From positions 109,721 through 173,720 of the forward strand of contig CAWBKP010000010.1 in NCBI GenBank assembly GCA_963789395.1: DNA of 64,000 nt. The letters are read 5' to 3'. Under the pieces are notes generated by a model, which was not told where the DNA came from, made no database searches, and saw nothing but the letters and a program-made list of their open reading frames with translations. Shown here in pieces: positions 11,968 to 24,195 of this stretch (positions are counted from its first letter, which is position 1; each line of letters opens with the position of its first letter). A program made the translations under genes and the position numbers. The DNA comes from an uncultured delta proteobacterium. GTDB taxonomy: Bacteria; Desulfobacterota; Desulfobacteria; Desulfobacterales; Desulfatirhabdiaceae.

Positions 11968-12038
11968 GGCTGTAGGCCATGAGGCAATAGGCTACGGCCG
12001 AACCGATAGCCCTGGCCATAGCCCATTGCCTATGCCTA
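11968..12038. repeat. Heptamer-periodic hairpin between guaB and dnaE
   Basis: ggctgta-ggccatg-aggcaat-aggctac...ccatagc-ccattgc-ctatgcc-ta; the two arms are complementary. Confidence 0.6.
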
Positions 12039-12047
12039 TTGTCATAA

Positions 12048-13511
12048 TTAATCCAGCCGATAATTCGGCGCTTCCTTGGTAATGATCACGTCATGGACAT
12101 GGCTTTCCCTGAGACCTGCGGCGCTGATCCGGATAAACGTCGCCTTTTCCCTCAGCTCTGCAATGGACTTGCATCCGGCATACCCCATGCCTGCCTTGAG
12201 TCCGCCGATCAGCTGAAAAATATTGGCCGAAAGTGTTCCCGAGTAAGGGACCCGTCCCACAATGCCTTCGGGGACAAGCTTGTCGTCTGCTTCCTGCTCC
12301 GTCTGGTAATAGCGGTCCTTGCTGCCTTTTTTCATGGCTTCCAGCGACCCCATGCCCCGATACACCTTATAGCTTCTGCCCTGAAAAAAAATGGACTCCC
12401 CCGGGCTTTCCTCGGTTCCGGCAAAAAGACCGCCGATCATCACCACATGGGCGCCTGCACCGATGGCTTTGGTCACATCGCCGGAAAATTTAATGCCGCC
12501 GTCCGCGATCAGCGGAATGCCTTTGCGGTTACAGACGTCCTTGCAGTTCATGATCGCCGTCATCTGGGGAACACCTGCGCCCGCAACGATGCGGGTGGTG
12601 CAGATGGAGCCGGGGCCGATGCCGATCTTCACCCCGTCAACGCCGGCCAGAATCAGATCCTCGGCGCCTTTTTCAGTTGCCACATTCCCGGCGATGAGCT
12701 CGATATTGCTGAAGGTCTGCTTTAACGTAATCACCGCATCCATGACATTTTTGGAATGGCCGTGAGAGGTATCGATCAAAATCACATCCGCGCCTGCCTT
12801 AAGCAGCATTTCGGCGCGTTCCAGCATATCCGGTCCGACGCCGACGGCGGCTCCCACCCGAAGCCTTCCCTTGCCATCCTTGCAGGCATTGGGATATTTT
12901 TTGATTTTCTCGATGTCCTTAATCGTGATCATTCCGGTCAGCCTGCCGTTTTTATCCACGACAAGCAGTTTTTCAATCCGGTGCTCGTGAAGCAGTTTTT
13001 TGGACTCCTCCAGATTAATGCCTTCGGTGACCGTTACCAGATTTTTATGGGTCATCACAGCGGATACGGGTCTGGCAAGATCGGTCTCAAACCGAAGATC
13101 CCGGTTGGTCACAATCCCGACCAGCCGATCGCCGTCCGTTACCGGAACCCCGGAAATCCGGTATTCTTCCATGAGGTTGAGGACATCCTGAACACTCTGC
13201 TCCGGCCTGATGGTCACCGGATCTATAATCATGCCGCTTTCCGACTTTTTGACCTTTCCCACTTCCAGAACCTGATTCTCAATGCTCATGTTGCGATGAA
13301 TAAACCCCAGTCCGCCATCTCTGGCCATGCTGATGGCGGTTCGCGATTCGGTAACCGTATCCATTGCAGCACTGACGATGGGGATGTTCAACGCCAGGTT
13401 TCGCGTCAGCCACGTTGTGGTCGTGACGTCTTTGGGGAGCACATCCGAATAACTGGGTACCAGCAGAACATCATCAAATGAAAAAGCTTCCTGGATGGGT
13501 ATTTCTTTCAT
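12048..13511 (-). CDS. guaB: Inosine-5'-monophosphate dehydrogenase
   Basis: [12 protein letters not shown] pair, catalytic [24 protein letters not shown]. Confidence 0.98.
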   Translation of the reverse strand: MKEIPIQEAFSFDDVLLVPSYSDVLPKDVTTTTWLTRNLALNIPIVSAAMDTVTESRTAISMARDGGLGFIHRNMSIENQVLEVGKVKKSESGMIIDPVTIRPEQSVQDVLNLMEEYRISGVPVTDGDRLVGIVTNRDLRFETDLARPVSAVMTHKNLVTVTEGINLEESKKLLHEHRIEKLLVVDKNGRLTGMITIKDIEKIKKYPNACKDGKGRLRVGAAVGVGPDMLERAEMLLKAGADVILIDTSHGHSKNVMDAVITLKQTFSNIELIAGNVATEKGAEDLILAGVDGVKIGIGPGSICTTRIVAGAGVPQMTAIMNCKDVCNRKGIPLIADGGIKFSGDVTKAIGAGAHVVMIGGLFAGTEESPGESIFFQGRSYKVYRGMGSLEAMKKGSKDRYYQTEQEADDKLVPEGIVGRVPYSGTLSANIFQLIGGLKAGMGYAGCKSIAELREKATFIRISAAGLRESHVHDVIITKEAPNYRLD

Positions 13512-13736
13512 GGGTTTCCTCCATAGGGTTTTTACATGAACACTGTTTTAACAGATTAAAATACAAGAAGACAAAGGCTTTGGCAATTACTAATTTGGTC
13601 TTTCGGCAAAACGCTCCAATTCCGGCGAACACCAGACGAATTCCTTCTCTTTTTTATTGACGCACAAAATTTTGCCTGTATTTTATCCGGTAAATATCAT
13701 TCAACAATCAAATAGATTTTCTTGAGGAGGGTTACC

Positions 13737-14949
13737 ATGAAAAGATCGTTCGGGATGGTTGTCTGCGGAATGCTGTTCATTGCTTTTACGGCTGCTCCCC
13801 TTATTGCGGCGGATCCCATCAAGGTTGGCATCGTGGATTGTTATACCGGGCCACCCAGCACCTATACCAATGATGTTCGGGATGCGTTTCAACTGGCCGT
13901 TGACAAAATCAACGCCAAAGGCGGCGTCCTGGGCAGAAAAATCGAATTTACGACCCGTGACAGCAAATTCAAGGTGGATCTGGGCCTCAGCGCAGCCAAA
14001 GAGCTGATCATGCGGGAAAAAGTGAATCTGCTGATGGGTACCATCAACAGCGCAGAAGCCCTGGCTATTTCGGATTTATGCAAGACCGAAAAAATCCCCC
14101 TGCTGGTAACGTTTTCAAAGAGCGATGCAATCACCGGCGAAAAAGGACACCGGTATGTGTTTTCCATGAATGAAAACACATCCATGGCCGGAAAAGCCGC
14201 GGCCATCGGCCCTTTCCAAAAAACCCTACGTCAAATACTGGATCGGCGGAGACGACTATGAATACGGTCATGCCATTGCAGACGGCGTATGGCAGAATCT
14301 CAAGAAGCTGAAACCCGAGGTCGAACTGCTTGGCCAGACCTGGTGGAAGGTGGGAGAATCCGATTTTACCCCGTATATTACGGCCATGCTTTCGGCAAAA
14401 CCCGATGCCGTCATCATTGCAACCGGCGGCAAGAACTGCGTCCCTTTTTTGAAAGCCGCCGAAACCACCGGATTTAACAAGCAAGTTCCATTTTACATGC
14501 ACACGGCAACCGAGCTGTCCACCCTTCAGCCCCTGGGGCTCGATGCCCCTGAAGGGGTTCTGGGCACTTCCAATTATTTTTTCTACTATCCGGAAACCCC
14601 GGAAAACAAGGATTTTGTCAAGGAATTTCAGCAGGCATACGGCAGGCCCCCCAAGGTCGGCGCCTTATACGGATACATTACCGCTGCCTTTATTGCCAAA
14701 GCCTATGAAAAAGCCGGAACCATCGACACGGAAAAATTCATCGACGCCCTGGAAGGCATGACCGTTGACAGTCCTGTCGGAAAACTTACCATCCGGCCCT
14801 ATGATCACCAGGTCATGTTTCCCATGTTCATGGGGGTAACCAAAAAAGTGCCGGGATATGATTTTCTGATTGCGTCGGACATTGTCACGATTTCCGGCGA
14901 AGATGTCATGCCGGCAATTGAAGAAATCAAGAAAGCACGTGGACAGTGA
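13737..14949 (+). CDS. Branched-chain amino acid-type ABC transporter substrate-binding protein (indel near 14205)
   Basis: Signal peptide, IKVG, INAKGGVLGRKIE, DYEYG; heads a livH/M/G/F-like operon. Confidence 0.9.
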
Positions 14950-14961
14950 TGGGTTGATTCG

Positions 14962-15858
14962 ATGCTCGAATTCTTCTCCCATATCCCCCTGTCGTCCCTG
15001 CTGCAGCAGATCCTGGTCGGGCTCAGCCGGACAACGATTCTGTTCATCGTGGCATCCGGCCTGAGCCTGGTCCTGGGAGTGCTTCGCATTCCGAATCTGG
15101 CCCACGGCTCATTTTATATGATCGGCGCTTTTTTAACCTATTCTGTTTCAGTTGTCATCGGCGGAAAGGCCGGGTTCTGGGTGGCGCTGGTGGTTGCTCC
15201 CGCAGGCGTTGCCCTGATCAGCCTCATCCTGGAGCGCGGGCTGTTCTGCCATCTCTATGACCGGGAGCATCTCATGCTGCTGCTGTTTACGTTTTCATTC
15301 ACCCTGGTCTTCGGGGACATCGTCAAGATCATCTGGGGGTCTGATTTCCGATCCATTTCAACACCGGCTCTTTTTCAGGGGTCGCTTTCGATTTTCGGCC
15401 TTTCCCTTCCGCGTTACAATGTTTTTCTGCTGATTATCGGGCCGATGGTGGCGTTAGGGCTTTGGGTGCTGACCCAGAAAACAAAAATCGGGAAAATCGC
15501 CAGGGCCGCGGCCGTTGACCGGGAGATGGTCGGGGCGGTCGGCATTAATGTCAGCCTGGTGTTCTCGGCCGTATTCGTAATCGGATGTTTTCTGGCCGGA
15601 CTCGGCGGCGCGCTGGTGGCCCCTACCCAGAACATCACTCAGGGCATGGATCATTCCATCATTATGGAGGCGTTTCTGATCGTGATTGTCGGGGGCCTTG
15701 GCAATATCTGGGGCGCGCTCCTGGGCGCGCTGATTTTCGGCCTGACAGATGCCGTCGGTATCCTGTTATGGCCCCAGTTCGCCATCGTGTTCCCCTATGC
15801 CGTGGTGGTGACCATCCTGATGATCCGCCCCAAGGGCCTTCTCAAATCAACCTGGTAG
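14962..15858 (+). CDS. livH: BCAA-type ABC permease (LivH-like)
   Basis: GLSLVLGVL..PNLAHG, RAAAVDREM...VGINV, IVGGLG. Confidence 0.88.
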   Translation: MLEFFSHIPLSSLLQQILVGLSRTTILFIVASGLSLVLGVLRIPNLAHGSFYMIGAFLTYSVSVVIGGKAGFWVALVVAPAGVALISLILERGLFCHLYDREHLMLLLFTFSFTLVFGDIVKIIWGSDFRSISTPALFQGSLSIFGLSLPRYNVFLLIIGPMVALGLWVLTQKTKIGKIARAAAVDREMVGAVGINVSLVFSAVFVIGCFLAGLGGALVAPTQNITQGMDHSIIMEAFLIVIVGGLGNIWGALLGALIFGLTDAVGILLWPQFAIVFPYAVVVTILMIRPKGLLKSTW

Positions 15859-15871
15859 AAGGAAGATCGTA

Positions 15872-16856
15872 TTGCCGGTGAAAAAGATCGATGTAAAAAT
15901 GCTGTTGTGGGTGATGGGAATCGGGCTTCTGTTTCTATGTCTTCCCCGGTTCCTGCCCAGGTTCTATGTCTACCTGACGGCGCTGATCCTGCTGACAGGG
16001 ACTGCTGGCAACCAGCCTGAATCTGGTGCTGGGGTTCGGCGGCATGTATCAGTTTCACCACGCGGTGTTTTATGGCATCGGGGCGTATTCCCTTGCCCTG
16101 ATGCTGACCAAATCGGGACTTCCGGCCTGGACCGGATTTGTTGTCGCCCCCCTGGTCTCCGCCGGGATGGGATATGTCATCGGTTTGATCTGTGTCAGGC
16201 TCTCCAAACTGTATTTCGGCATGCTTCAAATCTCCCTGGGATCTCTGGTCTGGGCCATCGTGTTCCGCTGGTATTCCTTTACCGGCGGCGATGACGGCAT
16301 TCACGGCATTCCGCTGCCAAAGATGCTGTCCGCTTCTCACGGCGCCTATTATTTTACCCTTATCATCACCGCAGTCTCCCTTTTTTTGATGTATCGCATC
16401 GTGAATTCCCCTTTTGGCAGAACGTTTCAGGCCATTCGCGACAACCCCGAAAGATGCGAGGCCATCGGCATCAATGTCCGGCGGCACCAACTTGTCGGAG
16501 AAGTGATTGCCGGTTTTTTTGCCGGGGTTGCCGGAACGCTTTTTGTGACGGTTGAAGGCTCCGTATTCCCGGATCTGATGTTCTGGACCCTTTCCCTTGA
16601 AATTCTGATCATGTGCCTTCTGGGCGGATGGTTCACTTTTTTTGGTCCCATGCTGGGCGCCGCCATCATGGTCACGCTCAGAACCTTTGTGGGAATCTAT
16701 ACGGAGTACTGGACGCTGATCCTGGGGATCGTGCTGATGCTGCTGATTTTTTTCATGCCCGATGGCGTGCTGGGGATGATCCTGAAATACGAAATCCGGA
16801 GCCGCCGAAACAATGACAAGCATTACAGTTTTCAGACTCCAAGTTTAGTATCCTGA
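15872..16856 (+). CDS. livM: BCAA-type ABC permease (LivM-like; indel near 15997)
   Basis: H.VFYGIGAY, FTGGDDGI.G, SPFGR.FQAIRDN..R.EAIG. Confidence 0.85.
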
Positions 16857-16900
16857 CATTTGAATTTAGAATTTGTTTCGATTTCGATTTGAATTCGGAT
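16785..16900. repeat. Heptamer-periodic imperfect inverted repeat overlapping the livM 3' end (same family as 4667-4796)
   Basis: aaatacg-aaatccg...cgaaacaatgac on the left; tttgtttcgatttcgatttgaattcggat on the right. Confidence 0.55.
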
Positions 16901-16958
16901 GCAAAATGACTTTCCGTTCAGGCACTATATCCTGAGTATTGATCGGACAAATTTTTAC

Positions 16959-17703
16959 ATGCTGAAAGTTGAAAATCTTCAAAAATCCTTTGACGGCTTC
17001 ATGGCGGTCTCCGACGCCAATCTTGAGGTCAATAAAGGCGAGGTGGTCGCAGTCATCGGCCCGAACGGCGCCGGGAAAACCACGCTCTTTCATCTGATTA
17101 CCGGACAGATTTCCCCGGACAACGGCCGCATCCTTTTCAAAGGCCAGGACATTGCCGGTCTGGCGCCTTACCATATCTGCAGGAAAGGAATCTGCCGTTC
17201 CTACCAGGTGGTCAATATTTTCAACCGGATGACGGTGTTTGAAAATGTACAGGTTGCGCTGATGTCCTTTTGGAAAATGACGTTTAACCTGCTGTCGCCG
17301 GCCAGAAAACTTCTGATAAAGGAAACCACTCGGGATTCTGGAAAGCGTCGGGCTGGCGGAAAAAGCCGATCAGGTCAGCGGCTCCCTGTCTCACGGCGAT
17401 CAAAAAGTGCTTGAAATCGCCATTGCGCTGGGGAACCGGCCGGAGCTCCTGATTCTGGATGAACCCACAGCCGGCATGTCCCCGGAAGAAACCGCCATGG
17501 CCCTTGGCCTGATGAACCGGCTTTCCGGGGAACTGGGCCTGACCATCCTGTTCTGTGAACACGACATGGAACTGGTGTTTTCCATTGCCCGGAGAATCAT
17601 GGTCATGCAGCAGGGAAAAACCCTGATTCAGGCCACGCCGGATCAGGTCAAATCCAGCCGGCAGGTGCAGGAAGCCTATCTGGGCGGGGCCGAATCATGT
17701 TAG
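16959..17703 (+). CDS. livG: BCAA-type ABC ATPase (LivG-like; indel near 17330)
   Basis: Walker A GPNGAGKTT, LSHG, LILDEPTAG, EHDM, V.EAYLG. Confidence 0.88.
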
Positions 17704-18396
17704 AAGTCAGCGAAATCCATACTTACTATGGCCTGAGCCACGTACTTTTCGGCGTATCCCTTACGGTCAACCCGGGAGAGATCGTCTGTCTTCTGGGACG
17801 AAACGGCGCGGGAAAGAGCACCACCATGCGGAGCATCATGGGGCTGATTCCCCCGCAAAACGGGACCATCCGGTTTAAAGGCATCACCTGTACCGGCCAG
17901 AAACCTTATCTTCTGGCCCGCATGGGCATGGGATTTGTTCCGGATGACCGCAGGGTTTTTGCAGATCTGACGGTCGGAGAAAATCTTGAGATCGTCCAGC
18001 GAAAAAATCTAAAAACCGGGATATGGAACAAGGATGCGGTCTACGATTTTTTCCCGCCACTTAAAAATAATTGACACGCGACGGGCCGGATTTTTAAGCG
18101 GCGGCGAGCAGCAGATGCTGACCATCGGCCGGGCCCTGATGACCAATCCGGATCTTCTTCTTCTGGATGAACCCACCGAGGGGCTTGCCCCCCTTGTGGT
18201 GAAACTGCTGGAGCAGCAGATTCGAAAACTCAAGGAAACCGGGTTGACCGTTCTTCTGGCCGAGCAGAACCAAAACATTGCGCTGGGACTGAGCGATCGC
18301 GGCTATGTGATCGACAACGGCGTGATCCGTTTTGGGGGAACCATCCAGGAACTGATGGAAAACGAGCCCATCCGCCAAAAATATCTTTGCATTTAA
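17697..18396 (+). CDS. livF: BCAA-type ABC ATPase (LivF-like; indel near 18065)
   Basis: GRNGAGKST, LSGGEQQML, LLLDEPTEGLAP, AEQN. Confidence 0.88.
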
Positions 18397-18623
18397 TCCA
18401 TTCTTGATCTATCAATCCTATCATAATGCCATTGCCCCGGTTTCTATGCCTCATAGAACTGTGTGTTTCTCTGTCTCTTGAAATTATTCATTCTTTTTTC
18501 TGCACAGACTCTCGACACTCGGAACGCCAAGACAATTTCTTTTATCGTCACAAATTATTGACCGGCATTGGAAGACGCTATAATCAGTATAATTTTGTCA
18601 AAAGATAACTGGGAAAAAGGTTC

Positions 18624-18672
18624 TTGACAGGACCATATAGTTAAAATATTAACAGTTAATGTATTAACTATA
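18624..18672 (+). promoter_or_regulatory. Sigma70-like promoter overlapped by two tandem GTTAA-N4-TTAAC palindromes
   Basis: TTGACA at 18624; boxes at 18640-18653 and 18655-18668, upstream of panE. Confidence 0.6.
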
Positions 18673-18777
18673 TACAATTGCGGTTCGCTGACATGACAGG
18701 CATGCGGCATTCGGAAACAAATGCTGAGAGAGCTGCCTAAAGGCATATAGATGGCAACATCAGAGGAGGAAACGGTT

Positions 18778-19719
18778 ATGGATGATTTCAGAATTGCTGT
18801 TGTAGGCGTCGGCGCAACGGGTGCGGTTTTGGCCGCAGCCCTGCTCAATCAAAATATCGAAACCATGCTTGTCGGTCACAGACCGGGTTTGGGAGAAACT
18901 ATCAGACGAACCGGCATCCGGATTTCAGGGGAGGTGAACTACCAGGTTTCAGTCCCTGCTTACGTTGATCACATAAGTCTGCTGAAATCCTACAAGCCGA
19001 ATCTGATATTTCTTTCCACGAAAACGTTTCATTTGCCAAGGGTTCTGGAGGAACTGAAAGGGGTCTTTAAGAATGGCACAAAGATCGTCAGCACTCATAA
19101 TGGACTGGGCACGGAGGACGTCATTGCTGAAACTTTCGGCGCTGACGCAGCCTTCCGCATGTCATTGAATTATGGCGTTTCGCTGAAAGGGCCGGGTGAA
19201 GTTGAAATGGCTTTTTTCAATCGGCCGAATCATTTGGGCGGCCTTAGCGCGGAAAACAAGGCACTGGGCTCAAGGATTTCCGAATTGTTTACCAGCGGCG
19301 GCTTAGACACCGAATGTGTCGATGACATCAAGCTCTACGTGTGGAAAAAAATGGTGATGAAATGCACGATGGCGTCAATATGTGCGGTCACGGACAGGAC
19401 ATTGAAACAGATCCTCGATTTTCCTCCGACCAGAGAGATTGCCGATAACTGCTTTAATGAAGTTTTGGCAGTCGCAAAGGCTCAAGGCTACAATCTGGGA
19501 GAGGACTACCTCCGGAAGGCATTGGGTTATCTGGAGAAGGCAGGCGCGCACAAAGATTCCATGTGCTATGACGTCGCGCACAAAACACCTACGGAAATCG
19601 ATTTCTTAGGCGGAAAAGTTGTGGAATACGCAAAGAAATTGGGAATTTCGACACCCTACTATATTGCAATGACGAATTTGGTGAAGGCAATGGAGGACAG
19701 CTACTTGCGCGAGCAGTAA
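18778..19719 (+). CDS. panE: Ketopantoate reductase family protein
   Basis: Rossmann GVGATG, STK, HNGLG, WKK, TEIDFLGG; GAGGAGG RBS. Confidence 0.8.
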   Translation: MDDFRIAVVGVGATGAVLAAALLNQNIETMLVGHRPGLGETIRRTGIRISGEVNYQVSVPAYVDHISLLKSYKPNLIFLSTKTFHLPRVLEELKGVFKNGTKIVSTHNGLGTEDVIAETFGADAAFRMSLNYGVSLKGPGEVEMAFFNRPNHLGGLSAENKALGSRISELFTSGGLDTECVDDIKLYVWKKMVMKCTMASICAVTDRTLKQILDFPPTREIADNCFNEVLAVAKAQGYNLGEDYLRKALGYLEKAGAHKDSMCYDVAHKTPTEIDFLGGKVVEYAKKLGISTPYYIAMTNLVKAMEDSYLREQ

Positions 19720-19723
19720 TGTC

Positions 19724-21336
19724 ATGAAAAAGGACGGCTTTGAGATGGGCATAAGCAAGTGGACAAACGCAGGTACAGTCTTGAAGATGAATGCCGTAAA
19801 TTGTCCGAAGAAATTGGGGTGGCAGGATAACACAGGAGAATTCACGTTTGAAGAATGGAATGACAGGTCCAATCGTTTTGCAAACGGTCTTAAACGACTT
19901 GGAGGTAGGCTATCAAAGATACTTTTGCTGTCATTTCCTACAACCGCGGGGAATGGATGGATATCTATGCGGGTTGTGCCAAGGGCGGGCAGGTGGTTGT
20001 TCCGATCATGTTCCGGCTTGCCGGCCCGGAAATAGAGTACATTGTCAATCACTGCGGAATGCAAAGGGTTTATCGTTGAGGCGCCTTTTGTGAACCTGAT
20101 CAACAGCATTAAAGACAGACTTCCCGTTCCAAAGGACGCATACATATATCTGGGAGACGGGCCCGTGCCTGAAGGATATATCGGGTACGAAGAGTTTCTT
20201 GCAAAGTCTTCACCCAATGAGCCGGACCACTTGGTATATGGAGATGATGTTTGGAACATCATGTACACGTCGGGCACTACCGGCCAGCCGAAAGGCGTCG
20301 TTCGAACCCATGAGAGCCATATCGCCCATTACATGTTGAGCAATCATCAACATGGGGGTACGGCCGACGGACAAAGTGATGCTGGTCATGCCGATGTGTC
20401 ATGTGAATTCAATACAGTATTCCTTCGCGTATACGCTGATGACCGGCGCCGGTATTCGTCTACAATATCAGTAAGTTTCGATCCTGAGGACTTGCTGAAA
20501 ACAATCGACCGTTATCAGATCACTTTTACTTCATTGGTTCCTACCCATTACCAGATGATTCTGGATTTGCCGAGTCAAGTTAAGGACCGGGTGGATGTAT
20601 CCTCTATTCGGCAACTGCTGATCTCATCAGCTCCCGCTCGCAAAGAACTTAAACTTGCCATCATGGATTATTTCAAGAATGCGGAGCTTTGGGAGGCTTA
20701 CGGAAGCACGGAAGGCGGATTGGCAACTTTGCTGAGACCGGAAGATCAGTTGAGGAAACTTGGTTCCATCGGAAAAGAGATTTTTGGCATAGATCGGATC
20801 AAACTCCTGGATGAAGATCGAAATGAGGTTCCGGACGGGGAAGTCGGAGAATTATTTTACCGGGCGCCTTGCGTTTTTAAAGAGTATTTAAAAGATCCGG
20901 AAAAGACAAAGAAAGCATTTGAAGGAGAGTGGTTTTCTGCGGGGGATTTGGCAAGACGGGATGAAGATGGCTACTACACGCTGGTTGACAGGAAAGCGAA
21001 CATGATAATCACCGGCGGCGAGAACGTCTATCCCTCGGAAGTGGAAAACATCCTCCGGTTACATAAAGCAGTCAAGGAAGTCGCAGTATCGGTGTCCCGG
21101 ATGAAAAATGGGGGGAAGCGATAAAAGCTGTTGTGGTGCTTAATAAGGGGTATATGGCCGGAGAAGTTTTGGCCGGGGAAATCATCGACTCTGTACGAAG
21201 CAGGATCGCCGGATACAAGCGGCCCAAAAGCATTGATTTCATAAAAGATGAGGAAATGCCGAGAACTCCCAATGGAAAGATCCGACACAGAACGCTCAAG
21301 AGTCGATATGTCAAAGGGGCTCTCGGGATAAGATAA
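19724..21336 (+). CDS. AMP-binding acyl-CoA synthetase, split by several indels
   Basis: MYTSGTTGQPKGV, EAYGSTE, GDLA, DRK..MIITGGENVYP.EVE, PRTPNGKI. Confidence 0.9.
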
Positions 21337-21689
21337 GCGGGGAGTCCATCAAAGCAACCAATCCGGAAACCAACATGCAACATGGTCAGGTGTTTCCGAT
21401 GAAAAAAGAATTCAACCCCATCCGCCTGGTGATAGTCGCAAAACAGGTAACCTTCCGAAGGGCTTTGGACTATCTCGCAACGATCGAATCTGTTTAATCA
21501 AATCCGGTGTCTGTCATATTTCTCTGGCAAGCAGCGAACCTTTTTGTTATCCTGAAAACCACTTAATGCCGGACGGTTCGGGTCACATCATCTTGGCCTT
21601 AGCACTGCTCCTTAAACAGCAGATTACCACCTTAAACCAATGTCCGGAAATTGGGAATCACTATACTCTTAAATTTCAGGACACAATCG

Positions 21690-22070
21690 ATGTTTATCGA
21701 AAAAGATCTCTTTGCACAGCATGTTGGAATTGAACTCATCGAAATGGCCGAAGGAAGCGCCAAAGCCAGACTCAAAATCCAGAAACACCATCTAAACGGC
21801 GCCGGACTGACGCAAGGCGGCGTGGTTTTCACCTTGTCTGATCTGGTTTTTGCCGCTGCATCCAATGCCTATGGTCCATTGGCCGTGGCCATCAACGCCA
21901 GCATCTCCTTTGTCAAGGCCAGCACCGAAGGTGCGGTGCTGACTGCCGAAGCCAAAGAGGTTTCCCGCAATCGCAAACTGGCCACCTATACCATTCTCGT
22001 TACCGATGAAACGGAAGACACAGTGGCCATATTTCAGGGAATGGTTTACATCAAACCTTCAAAAAAATGA
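21690..22070 (+). CDS. PaaI-family hotdog thioesterase
   Basis: HLNG.G..QGG.VFTL.D..FAAASN. Confidence 0.88.
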   Translation: MFIEKDLFAQHVGIELIEMAEGSAKARLKIQKHHLNGAGLTQGGVVFTLSDLVFAAASNAYGPLAVAINASISFVKASTEGAVLTAEAKEVSRNRKLATYTILVTDETEDTVAIFQGMVYIKPSKK

Positions 22071-22118
22071 ACCCCACCGACGGTTTTGAGTTACCCCCGC
22101 CTCGGGAGATAATCTGAA

Positions 22119-23420
22119 ATGAGAGTTCTTCTGATTTCCGCCAATACAGAGCAATCAATATGCCGGTGCTGCCGCTGGGTATGGCCTGCATTGCCGCAGC
22201 CGCGCAGAACGCCGGGCATGAGGTGAAAACCCTGAATCTCATGATGCAAACTGATGTCCGCACTCCGATTGCAACTGCAATTAAAGCGTTTTCTCCTGAA
22301 GTTATCGGCATATCGGTCCGGAATATTGACGATCAGGTCATGGAAACCCCGACTTTTCTCTTGGATTCGGTCAGAAATGTCGTTTCAGACTGCCGAAGCC
22401 TTTCCAATGCGCCCATTGTTTTGGGCGGCGCGGGTTACAGCATTTTTCCGAAAACCGCTTTGGCCTATCTTGGCGCGGACATGGGCATTCAGGGAGAAGG
22501 CGAAGCCGCCTTTCTCCTGCTTCTGGAACGACTGAGCCGCAAAACGGATTTATCCGGGATCCCGGGTCTTTATCTGCCGGAATCCGGCCCTTCTGAAAAG
22601 CCGCCGGAAAAGCCGATGATCACCCGGAATCTGGATACATTCCCCATACCGCTGCCCAACATCCATCTTATCTCCCCATTCCGGCATCAAAGAAGACCAG
22701 TTGTGGATTCCGTTTCAGACCCGGCGGGGATGCCCCATGGATTGCAGTTATTGTTCCACGGCAACCATCGAGGGCCGGATTCTCAGAAAATTTTCTCCTC
22801 AAAAGGCTGTTGAAGGGCTTTGCCGGTATGTAGAAGCCGGGTTCCATCAGTTTTTCTTTGTGGACAACACGTTTAACCTTCCGCCATCTTATGCCAAAGC
22901 GCTTTGTGATGCCATCATCGCCGCCGGACTGAATATCCGGTGGCGATGTATTCTCTATCCCTGGCAGGCGGATGATGCGCTCATCGAAAAAATGGCCAAG
23001 GCCGGATGCAGGGAAGTGAGTTTCGGATTTGAAAGCGGCTCCGAAAAAATCCTGAAAAACCTGAACAAACGCTTTACACCCGATGACATCGTAAGAATTT
23101 CTGAAACCCTTAAAAAACATGGCATTCGGCGAATGGGGTTTTTACTGCTGGGCGGCCCCGGCGAGACAATGGAAACCGTCATGCAAAGCCTGCATTTTGC
23201 GGATGCATTGCAGCTTGAGGCCATGAAAATCACAACCGGCATCCGGATTTACCCTTACACGGCACTGGCCCGGATTGCCATCAGCGAAGGCGTGATTGCC
23301 TCGGAAGCCGAGCTGATATTTCCCCAGATTTTACATGGCCAAAAACTTGAAAGACCGTCTGATGGAAACCGTCACGCAATGGATGAAATCGCGTCCGAAC
23401 TGGTTAAGGTAAGGATATGA
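22119..23420 (+). CDS. B12-binding domain radical SAM protein, split by indels
   Basis: N-terminal cobalamin-binding domain (PLG, GISVRNID, LGGAG, GEGE) and CPMDCSYC CxxxCxxC motif. Confidence 0.88.
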
Positions 23421-23424
23421 TCTC

Positions 23425-24164
23425 ATGACAATTTCATATTCCGTTATCATTCCCGCTTACAATGAACAGGAGTGTGCTGCCCGCAACGCTGGATGCGCTG
23501 CAAAAGGCCATGAAAGCGATTGACATGGCCGGAGAGATGATTGTTGCGGACAACAATTCACGGGACAGAACGCCTGAAATTGCAAGGGAACACGGCGCCA
23601 TTGTCGTGTTTGAGCCGATAAATCAGATTTCAAGAGCCCGCAATGCCGGCGCAAAGGCCGCCAGGGGCCGGTATCTGATTTTTCTGGATGCGGACACGAT
23701 TATTTCCCCGCGCTGCTCCAAAAAGCATTGGATAATCTTTCAAGCGGCGCCTGCTGCGGCGGCGGTGCCAAAGTGGTTTATGAAGGCGAGCTTCCCGGCA
23801 TTGTCAGGGGTGCGACTGAACTCTGGAACTATTTTTCTGTTAAATTCGGTATGGCTGCCGGCTGTTTTATCTATTGCCTGAAAGAAGCTTTCGATGCTGT
23901 TGGCGGCTTCAGCCAAACCGTCTATGCCAGCGAAGAAATCTGGTTTTCCTGGAAATTGCGGGCATGGGGAAAACTGCGTCATATGGATTTCCGGATTATC
24001 GACAGCCCTCCGCTGATAACTTCCAGCCGCAAACTGAAGTGGTTTTCGCTGCCAAGCATATTCGGCGATGTTTTTGCTATTCTCTTTATTTCCTTTTGCA
24101 CTCCGATTCCGTCCTTTATGCCGCTTGTGGTATGAAAGGCCCGATGAAAATCATCCTCGGTTAA
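23425..24164 (+). CDS. Glycosyltransferase family 2, split by indels
   Basis: SVIIPAYNE, VADNNS.DRT, ARNAGA, FLDAD, VGGF...YASEE. Confidence 0.85.
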
Positions 24165-24195
24165 TAAACGATGGGCCTGAAGAAATAAGGAAATC

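Noticed and set aside
10415..12082. 555-aa plus-strand ORF
   Set aside because: Antisense shadow of dnaE. The same applies to the long antisense ORFs over guaB, livM and rpsA.
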